A stretch of 64,000 nucleotides of DNA from Chrysomallon squamiferum (Eukaryota > Animalia > Mollusca), in NCBI GenBank assembly GCA_012295275.1, contig CM022676.1, positions 14,694,001 to 14,758,000 on the forward strand. Reading direction: 5' to 3'. Shown here piece after piece: positions 53,275 through 64,000 of the stretch; the first letter of the stretch is position 1, and every line of letters begins with the position of its first letter. Below the pieces are notes generated by a model, which was not told the origin of the DNA, ran no database searches, and saw only the letters and a list, made by a program, of their open reading frames with translations. The position numbers and the translations under genes were made by a program.

Positions 53275-54559
53275 TTATTTTTTTTGTTTTTTTTTGATTT
53301 CTTTGTATTTCCTGACGTCAGTCAGACAGCAGTGATGACGTCATACACACTTTATTTGAAAGTTTCTAATGGACTGGCTTCTGTCAAACAGACACGTGTA
53401 TAATGTACATAAACAACTCATTGCTTTATTTATTTATTTATTTATTATAGATTGTTTGTTTATTTAATGTATTGTTTAAACTGTCATATAATAGAAGAAA
53501 TATGTCAATACCTAAATGTGTTAATTCTATATTCGAAAACTGTATTATATTTATATATATATATATATATTTTTATTTTATTTTGTAAATGAATGTGTCT
53601 TATTGTTAAAGATGTGTAAATATTTAGTGTTTATTAGACACCAAGTGGTATTTTATTTTATTTTAAATATCAGTGTAAATTTTATATCGTTCAGTATTCA
53701 CTAAACAGGAAGCAAAAAAACTTAATTATTTTGTAATTAATATTTTTCCCGTCTGTGGTTGTGTATTTCTTTTCTCTCTCTAAATTAATTCCCATGACAT
53801 ACAAAGTGTCTAAATGCCTAAATAACATTAGTCTGTAAAGAAATATTATAAATTATGTTTTAGATTTTGTCACAAATCAAATAAAATACTGTTACTTTTT
53901 TCATTTTAAATTATGTGTTTACTGTTTGTTAGAAATGAACTTAAGAACTGCTATTTGATTCATTTGTCTCTGTTATTTTATTTAGATTTATGTAAAATAG
54001 ATATGCTAGTAGATTATATTATATACAATATTCATTAGACATAACATTAGATGTTGTCAATTTATTTATACATAAAACTATAAGTTCTATTTAATTTGTC
54101 AAAAATGTAAACACAAAATATAGAGGGATAGAAATAAATGTTTTAATTATATTTATTTGGTTCATGTCATCTTTTTCTCTTCTGTGTAGAAAGAATAAAT
54201 GGTGTTGTGGGAGAAATTCAAGAGAAAAGCTTTAAAATAGAACAAAAACAACAACAAAAAACACTGGTTGGATCGGGAGATAAGCAAACTCAGACATTAA
54301 AGAGATTTTACAACTGTACATCATGCCTCTGAATTATCTCTCTCTCTCTCTGCTTTTGCAATTCTTTTTATTATTATTATTATTATTATTATTGTTATTA
54401 TTATTATTATTGTTTATTTATTGTTTATTATTATTATTATTTATTATTATTGTTTATAAATTTTCAATTATTATTGATATATTATTAAGTTAGGTATTTT
54501 TTCCATATATTTTGTTCCAAATATTACAAAGTTAGGTATGTTGTGCTGAACTAATGTTC

Positions 54560-55015
54560 TTATTACACACTGACAGGTGTGTGGTTCAATTCCTGTCAGT
54601 GTAATAAAGTTACTACACAAAGATGTGTTGTATGTAACAATCGAACTAATGTTATTATTACATACTGACAGGTCGGTGGTTCAATTCCTGTCAGTGTAAT
54701 AAAGTTACTACACAAGGTTGTGTTGTATGTAACAAGTGAACTAATGTTCTTATTACACACTGACAGGTCGGTGGTTCAATTCCTGTCAGTGTAATAAAGT
54801 TACTACACAAGGATGTGTTGTATGTAACAAGTGAACTAATGTTCTTATTACACACTGACAGGTCGGTGGTTCAATCCTGTCAGTGTAATAAAGTTACTAC
54901 ACAAGGATGTGTTGTATGTAACAAGTGAACTAATGTTCTTATTACACACTGACAGGTCGGTGGTTCAATCCTGTCAGTGTAATAAAATTACTACACAAGG
55001 ATGTGTTGTATGTAG
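54560..55015 (+). repeat. ~94-95 bp minisatellite, about 5 units, paralogue of 28912-29460
   Basis: Units start near 54560, 54655, 54750, 54845 and 54939. Each keeps the inverted repeat TTATTACA(YA)CTGACAGG / CCTGTCAGTGTAATAA. Confidence 0.92.
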
Positions 55016-57801
55016 CAAATAGTATTTATCATATAACAGTCATTGTAATGACACATGAAAGTAACAAACAAATTTTGTTTATTTTTGTTTTCGACCACTT
55101 CATTTTTCTTTATTTCATTCAATATTCATTCATCCATCAAATCAGATACATCTACATGTAGCGTTAGAATTCAGAAAATGATTATTTTACTTTTAAAATT
55201 ACGGTTTAAACTTGAATTAGGCTAAAAACTGTCGAAATATGACATATGGGTTAGTGGAATAGTCAGGTGCTTTCGGTAAATGCAGTTAATTCAGTGCAGG
55301 TATTAGTGGCGGGCTCAGATTAGATTTAATCCTATGATTAGGTTTAAGGTTAGTGTTATGGTTTCATTTGGGATTATTGAAAATATTGAGACCAGAATAA
55401 TAGCTAATTCAGTGTTAAGTAAGGATTAAGGTTAGGTTTATGATCTTCTGTGACTTAGGATTAGTCTTTTCCAAGGGTTAGCTTTCAGGTAATGATATAT
55501 CACTGGACCATCTAGCAAATAACAGTGTTCATAAAAGTGTTCTAAAACACACCTAAGATCAAAATCTAAAATGTGTCACTCCACTAGTTACAGAGACTTA
55601 AATACTTTTCAAGTGCAACTTAGAACTGGTTTCATATGTCAGCTCACACCCTGACAGCAGTTTAAGATTACAAGAATCAAAGTATGAACAATTTAAGTAA
55701 AAATAACAAAATCTTGAAAAAAATGTAATAATCTTAGGAAAACACTAACTACATATGAATGTAATTTAGATTCCTGATGAATAAATCTGATAAAAGAAAA
55801 TTTATTCTCTCTGAGTCAGACTTTAGATTAACCTTCTAGACCAATGGAATATGTTTACACTAAAATGAGAAACTACTCACCTGTGTTAACAGTTGTTTAA
55901 TTATCATCAGTGCACAGAAGTGTGGAAGTAAAAATTACACTGTGAAAAGTACACTGTCCTTAAAAAGAAATTAACACATCTGAACATAATAATAATAATA
56001 GCAATAACAACAACAACAAATAATAATAGTAATAATAACAATAACAATAATAATAATAATAATAATAAATGAACAGGAAAATGAAAAGAAAAGAATAGAA
56101 AACAGATTAGCAACAACAGCATAAAAAACAACAACTTTAAAATGATAATAATATAAAAAGAAGAAGAAAGGCATGTTAAAATAGACATTATTTGCATCAA
56201 AGTTTATAATATTTTCAATTAAATGAAGACATCTGAGAAAAATATGTATCAAGAAAAAAACAGCAATCTGAATAAATTATGTTAAATCTTGGTTTCTCTT
56301 GACAACAAATATAAACTGTCAGACTGAAAATGAACATTAATAATATATTTTCTATTTTATACTGATATTTCTTTCACTATTTTTTACTCAGTCTTCACGG
56401 CAAAAACCATTTTTTTAAGACAGGAAGTTTTTATTATTTTTATAATGTAAGTAATTGATTATACTTAGTCAGTGTATCCCTCCAATGGGACTAGGGTCCC
56501 CCACTTCAGGTCATATTTGATACATTCCATCTCCAATACAAATATTTCTTATCAGTTTAGTAGTGTTGTCCAGGTTCAGTAGTGAAAACTTTATCAGGAT
56601 GTTTTCTCAAATCGGCTAAAACTCCTGAAAACTTAACAAATAAATAAATTATAATACTAACCCTTTACACACAAACATAGAGTTATACATACCCACCCAG
56701 ACACTGACATCCTCCACATACACACACCTACCCACACACAGAAACACACACACATATACTAAAACAAATCACTATCAAGTTAATTGTTTTCTAAGTCAGT
56801 TATGAAATAACAGCAAACATATATAGAATTAGTCAGTGTGTGTGTGTGTGTATAATATGTAAGTACATGGGTGTTTGTATGTATATGTATGTACATGGGT
56901 GTTTGTATGTATATGTATGTATATGGGTGTGTGTATGTATATGTATGTATATGGGTGTTTGTATGTATATGTAGTGTGCGTCTCTGTATATAAATATTAA
57001 CAAATATGATTAAGCTGAATATTATTGACTCACTAGTATTATTTTATTATTAACATATTCTAACAATTTCACATTTTATTACATAATGACAACCACAAAG
57101 AAATGTTAACTATTAAATTCACACCAAACAAATGTTGCTGCCCTTAGAATTTACATACTTAATTGAAAACAAAAGTTTGGAAGGTTTTGAAACTTTATCA
57201 GCAAATGCTTCACTAAAAAACAAACCAGATTATGGGTAAATATAAAATAGTTGATGTGATGTTTTAATGAGATAGCCACACTTTGAACATTCCAAAATAA
57301 CGGCAATAAAACAAGTAATAATAAAATTAACTGAAATAGCATTAACATATACAACAAGTAATAATAAACCTAACTGTAATAAGAATAACAAATATTACTA
57401 ATTTTTGTAATGACCGTAATACTAACAATCCAATAATAAAAAAAATGAAACAAACAAAAGTTACAATACAAATAGTGTAGTTCAAAAACCTATATTAATA
57501 AAACAGAAATTTGCTAAGGAAGATAACTCTAATACATAAAATAAAATATGTTACCTGGAGAAAACATAAGAACTGACTACAGAACCAGTGATGTTGCCAT
57601 GGTGAGGGACAGTGCTGACACATGGAAGAGCACTGCTGACTAAAATATTTATTTTGCCATGTTGTAGATAAACTGAAATAAATAAATAAATATGGAAACA
57701 GGTAAGTAAATATATAAAATGAATAAATAAATAAAAGACAGTACATTTACATATACATACTGAAATGTACAGCTTGATACATACGCAAATACACACACAC
57801 A

Positions 57802-57849
<48 letters not shown>

Positions 57850-58209
57850 ACATTTTGCTAAATGTATTACAACATATTTAATTAATATTCAATTTAACTT
57901 TTTAAAGTTAATTTATTAATTACTTATTATGAATATTATTAATTTATTTCTAGTGATGTGATAGCATCTGTTTAGTAACATTATCTGACAACTGGTTACA
58001 CATTAAAATGATTAATCGTAAATTTTCTCAGTCTTGGTTTTACACCACATTCAGATCCCTTGTGACTGCTTCTGTCAATTCTACCAACTAATACTGTTCT
58101 GAAATCATAAAAAATTAATTATAATTAAAATATTACCTGAATAGGATCCAATCACTTTCCATGTATTTTATCTCGCATACCAACATTCTTAAACAATCAA
58201 AACATTCAC

Positions 58210-58261
<52 letters not shown>

Positions 58262-58599
58262 AAGAATAATATCAATCTAATAAACATAATAATAAAGACA
58301 AACTTACAATAGTTTGTGCAGGTTTTTCCTTTCCATGATGTTTTGGTACAGAACTTTGTCCAGTCTGAGTTGATTTCAGTTTCCAGGATGAAATAGCAAA
58401 TAGAGGCTGTAAGTAAATAAAAATAAAAAACGAATATTCAGTAATATTTCTGTACTTTTTTAATATTACTGGTTATCATGATTTATATATCTATAATGAT
58501 TACAATTACTAAGAACTGTTAATGACGTGTTAACATTTTTAAATATTAATATTTCTTAAGTATAAAACTAAATTTATGAATAGAAATTGTACAGAGACC

Positions 58600-58960
58600 T
58601 AAAAGGCTGTGATGACCTCTGCACCATCTACATAACTCCGCCCCAGAAGGGAGGCAACTCTATCATTGCTTAATATGACAAAGTTAAAAAATGGCGGACG
58701 ATCGCTTACACAATCTACCGGTTATTTTCTATCTAGATTATTTAAGAGATACCACTATATTTTTGAAAAGCTATCAGTAAGGTTTCAGGTACTTCAGCCA
58801 AGATTACATCTGTAACATGTTTTGGAATGATGACGGCACCATTTTTATGTCAGTTAAATCGGATCGGTCGTTGAAGAAGAGCGAAAAACCTATGGGATCC
58901 ACGTGGATATGAGCCCGACTGTGACATCTTGTGTTGATTGTTCTTGTCAGCAGCGTAAGT
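58600..58960. promoter_or_regulatory. CpG-enriched promoter-like island or transposon end
   Basis: CTCCGCCCC (GC box), AAAATGGCGG (YY1-type), CCACGTGG and a + strand donor GC|GTAAGT near 58955. Exon-like blocks point away from it on both sides. Confidence 0.4.
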
Positions 58961-61379
58961 AAGAACATAATTAATGATTTTATTTACATTGAGGAGTTTT
59001 CAAAGTGCATCTGGACATTTCAAAGTAATATTTAATAAATTTCTTATCTTTCAAGATATAGGCCTAGTATATTGATAATATTCTAATTATTAAAGTTCTT
59101 ATAGGCATTGTTGTTTTGTTTTAATTATTTCTAGTTTCTTACTTTATATAAAGGTTAGAATTATTCATCAAAAATAGAAAAATTAAAAGATCTGAAAATT
59201 ATCTATGAAGAGATTTGTTGATCCTCTCATGACACTTTTTTCTACAGTACAGTTCAGCTGGTTATTAATGGAATAAAATCAAAAATATATTATTACATGA
59301 CTCTTTAAAAAAAATTACCTCATTCCTTCATAACATGTGTTTAATACAAAAGCAAAACTACAATGCTATATTATATATATATATATGTTCTTAAATGAAA
59401 CATTAATTCCTTCTTTTTCTCATCAACATATAATATTATATTTATTAAAATCATTAAATGATTAATAGATTTAAATATATATAATATTACTTTTATTGTT
59501 GTGTTGTTATTGCTATTATTACAACTACTACCATTATTACTATTAACCACTACTACTACTATGCGTGTTGTTGTTATTGTTATTATTGTTGATCATTTTT
59601 ATCATCATCATGATTAAAATGTGTTGAAAAATGTAATATTATTTTATTATTCAAGTGAAACCTCAACTAATCAACAGTCTGTTGTCAAGTGATGTGTAGC
59701 CTGTGTTAGAATGTTTTCTGAAACCTCTCAACAGTGACAGGGTATGTTGTTTTATTAGTTTGAATGTGTGTGTGTGTGTGTGTGTGTGGATCACTAGATT
59801 GTATACTGAAATTTAGAACATTTCTACAACCTGTGTTTGAAATATTTGTCCAATCTGTTCAGCTTGTTATTAAAACATGTGGTAGTGACCACATGATCAA
59901 AAGTTAGAACTAAAGTTTACTTAGTTGTCTTAAAAGTATTACCTAGAGATAAAGATTATTTTATTGCAAAGTCAGTCAGAGAGAGAGAGATTGGTTATAC
60001 ATGTGTGTATCTGTGTTTTAGGCAATTTCATAGATAAATAAAAATAACAGAAACATCGAGTAACGATAATAAGCAGAGAAAAATGCATTTGTCTGACAAA
60101 TGTAGATTGTTAAAAAAATATATCATATTTTTGTTAAAATTACTAAACTTTATATTTACTATTGGTGTTAAGTATTTTACGTAGGTCACAACAGGTCCTG
60201 TCTACAAAGAGAACTTACATCATGGTGAAGGATGAATCAGCTGTTACAGAAACCATTCTCATGTAGTTTGCACCATTCTGAATTGTGAGTTTATTTTAGT
60301 TTTGTGTCTTAGAGAGTAAAATACGCTTTGAAACAATTCTTTATTGATTTGAAAATAGTGTAATAATAATCAGATTTTTCCTGTTTTGCTAATTATTATT
60401 TTTATTATTATTAACATTATCATCAGTATCATTATAATGTATTACTCAGTGCCATGAGGATTCCCCTATGTTGTAAATATGTCTTAGGCATGTTACTAAT
60501 GAGCCGGCTTGCTCTACGGGTATCAGATATGGGATCTATGTATGCAATATATCATGTTTTTGTACATTAGAACACAACAAACAGAAGACTGTATTTGCAC
60601 TGGCGCTGAACATTCAGTATAGTAGTAAAGAAATATTTTAATCTGTCACATCAGTCACACATGGGTTACTACAATGAAAACAGAAAATATATATAACTAG
60701 TTACTCAGTGGACAGCGACTGATCCCTCAAACAAACAAAAAAATCTCCAAGCTTTTATTAAGAAATAAAATGGACTTATTATGGACTTATTATTATTTAT
60801 AAGAAAGAAAAGAGATTTGCTTTATCTGTCAAAGTGTTACAGTTCTTGCTGCTAGATCATTCTGTGAAACACCAACCACTCTCGAGATGATGATTAATCC
60901 CGAAATAACCAGGCTTTTTGTTGATTCAGCAGACTGAGTAAACAGTCAGATACAAGTGACATTAACAAGCGGAAGATTCTTCTGTCTCACTTAGTAACAT
61001 TATTTATTAATAACAAAGTACATTCCAGAAATATCCTACACACTATTTTACCTCAATCCAGTAACTGATATCAGTGAAACTTAAGTTTTAATAATAATAA
61101 TTAGTTATTCAATTATAATTGTTTATTTATTAGTGATTACTTTTATTTTTTTTATTTTTTTTCAGAATGCACACATAACTCTAACTGATGCACTGATGCT
61201 GTCAGGTACCAGTGATGTTGTTTTCAATAGAACGTGCTGTCTAAGCTGTCAGGTATTTTTTCTTTTATTTATTTATTTGTTTCATATTTATTATCTTGTT
61301 AAATCAATTTTTTTATTTTTTTTTTATTAAAATGAGTTTATTTGGCTCTGTTAAAGTTTATTTATTTTCTTCATTTTAT

Positions 61380-63230
61380 ACTTTGGAAAATATATGGTAA
61401 AATATTCAGTTTTAGTGTATATACTGATGGATTCGTTTACTTAAGTAAATACATTTTTATTATTTAAAATCGATCACTTCAGACTTTAAAAAGATCCTTA
61501 TATAATGGTTGGTATTTCCGAAGGCTGCTAGTAAAGAAATAATTTAAAGTCATTCATCCTTCATTAAGTGATAGGTGAAAAGAAGGAGAAGAATTATGAT
61601 TGTTGTAGTTAAACATGTAAATGTATGAGAGAAAAACCGGATGAAAGAAAGGAGAGACAGAGAAAGAAGGAGAGGGAGAATGATATTTGGGGTGCATATT
61701 TTGTATAATCTATCATGTAATGTAATGAGACCTCAGTCTTTACATTGAGCATTGTATCAAGTAATTTTTAAACTTTCAGATGAATTACAACTTTTAACAC
61801 GTCCAGTGAACTTCCATCAGACACTGAGGACACAGTTATTTTCTGGTTAAATAAAGACTGTTCTGCTGCCATTGGAAAAGAGAACAAACCTGAGCAGGTG
61901 AATCTGAGTTTGTTTTCTTACATATTTCTCATTTTTCTAAACCTAATGAAGTTTAATTTAATTTAATATATGAAGATGCAGTTTGTAGATAATTTATCAG
62001 TAAGTACATGTGTACATATACACAAATTACATTAGTATCCTGTAACACACCCTACACTTCATACTGTGTATGTTTCACTTGTGCATGCTTGTGTGTGCGC
62101 ACACACAATACACATAATTACATTTATATAAATGTGATTATTTTGTTGTAAATGTTTATTTCTATATTATAAAACAAAAGAAGCTTCATATTTCATCAGT
62201 ATTTTAAAATGTTTAACTTTCCTGTTACCAGACTGGAACTGCCAGCCCTTCACACAGAGTCACTGTTCCTGTGATGACAGACATACTAAAAGATGTAGAG
62301 ATGGATGTACAGTCCCTGTTGTCTGAAGTTTCTATTGTCTGCAGTCTCTCAGTTTTCATGGTTTGTTTAATAACAACATTTTTGTATTAGATTGTAACTT
62401 TAAAACTTAGATATATTAAATTTATGAATGTTAATTTCTAGTTAAGATACATGTGTTGTTGATTTCAAATTTTATATTTCATATTTGACAAATTTATATT
62501 TTAATATTAGGTCAGGTTTTCTGTTGCGTTTTTAATATGGCCTGAAAATCTCTCTCTCTCTCTCCCTCCCTCCCTCCCACCATTCTCTGCCTCTCTCTTT
62601 CTCTCTATTTGTATGCATGTATGTACGTACATATGTAATGCATGTGTGTATATATGCATGTATGTATGTATGAATGTACATATGATGTATCTGTATATAT
62701 ATAAACCTACCTATCTGTATACATACACACTCTTACAGAGTATCTCTCATGTAATTTATCATATCAGAACACACTTGCTCAGCATCTATCTGTCTGTTTG
62801 TCTGTTATTCTTACACGCAGTTCAGTGAGTTGTTCAAGTGTGTAGGTTTTACTCAAACGTGTTCTGCTATTTCTATGTGCAAATTTACGCATTAGCCTCC
62901 CACCCACCCGCACACACTCGACACGGGCCAGTGAATGCTACATCAGGTATGAACACTGAAATGTACATTTCTAGAGAGAGAGATATTTTAATTATGATTC
63001 CGAATTTTAGTTTGCGAGTCCAAAATTGTTTTATATCTTTTATTATTTGAATTTATGAAATTTGTTACTCTACTGGAAAAATTGGTATTTGTAATATTCA
63101 GTTTTAGTGATCAGACTGACAGATGCTTTTATGTAAATACTTTTTTTATTATTTAAAATGGATGATTTCAGACTTTAAAAGAGCCTTATATAATGGTCAG
63201 TATTTCATAAGGCTACCAATAAAGAAAGTT
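61380..63230 (+). repeat. Two diverged copies of a ~170 bp repeat (~61380-61545 and ~63070-63230)
   Basis: Shared AATATTCAGTTTTAGTG..TTTTTATTATTTAAAAT.GAT.A.TTCAGACTTTAAAA..CCTTATATAATGGT. Confidence 0.8.
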
Positions 63231-64000
63231 AATATCAAAGGAATATTAAAATGAGTGCATCACAGTTAAATTTAATGAAGATTTATTTCATCAGACAGCT
63301 TATGTTGCAGGGTTTATTATTAGTTTTATTAATTTTAATTCAGCATCTCGCTATGGTAACGGGAGGTCAAATGTCACAAAACACCAAGTACCCATTAACA
63401 ACACAACAAAACATAGCTTTCAGTTTCACAGAAGTGAGTTCAGATTCACAAGTACTCCAGAACAAAACAAATCAAACTCTTCACTCTAAGTATTCACTTA
63501 ATTCGTTTTGTTAAATTTGTAGTGACAGATAGATTATTAATAATCAGGTTATAAATAAGTATTTTTAATTATTCATTCACTCAGAGTGTGTATGTTTATC
63601 AGTTTATCTGTATGCCTGCAGGCACAATTGAAATCCAATAGCTGAAAGATATTTTTGTCAACAAACATTCATTAGTATCAGTAAATGGTATTGATATACA
63701 TATATAATAGTAAATAATGTTTAAATGAAAACAATAAAGAAATAAATTGTTTGTTTTTACTTTTTCAGACACACAGCACAAAACAGACAAGTGTTGTTAT
63801 CTAAACTTCAGAATGCGACACACAGACAGCAGAACAGACAGAGAAGTTTCTAAAAAACTGGTATGAAAAACACACATATTAACTTATCTGTTGAACTATC
63901 AATTTACATTCTTCTCAGTTTTTGTGTTGCAGTGTATTCTCAATACAGAGTAAGAAAAGCAGATTAGTACAAGGAAAGTCTACAATAATAAGCAAAGTAA

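Larger units (their letters stand above)
43142..55506 (+). repeat. Segmental duplication unit B (~12.4 kb) containing BTB gene copy 3
   Basis: Direct repeat of 16804-29935. It lacks roughly 18810-19230, 19745-19915 and 20075-20450 of unit A and has extra sequence at ~46240-46405. Confidence 0.93.

Noticed and set aside
54560-55015. Hammerhead ribozyme or complete tRNA in the minisatellite
   Set aside because: No CTGANGA...GAAA core and no cloverleaf could be drawn; only a T-loop-like motif is present.

Overview
AT-rich, microsatellite-rich eukaryotic DNA with spliceosomal introns. It is an animal genome (collagen IV remnants); an invertebrate such as a mollusc is my guess only. The core is three + strand copies of a two-coding-exon BTB-BACK-PHR gene (BTBD1/2/3/6 family, Cullin-3 adaptor type), with ATGs at 2399, 26077 and 51644 (~24-26 kb apart). 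Copy 2 is intact (430 aa). Copy 1 has two in-frame TAA stops in the PHR domain, and copy 3 has several frameshifts. Copies 2 and 3 lie in a ~13 kb segmental duplication. Differences between paralogues cluster in a few PHR loops. The spacers hold decayed, intron-containing fragments of unrelated host genes (VPS13D C-terminus; collagen IV helix end plus NC1, present twice). They also hold transposon remnants (MULE, Sola/DUF7869-like, Ty3/Gypsy, a MITE), a hairpin-forming ~94 bp minisatellite and a near-perfect 1.56 kb tandem duplication. Most ORFs in the supplied track are microsatellite artefacts. All family assignments come from manual translation and recalled motifs, not database searches.
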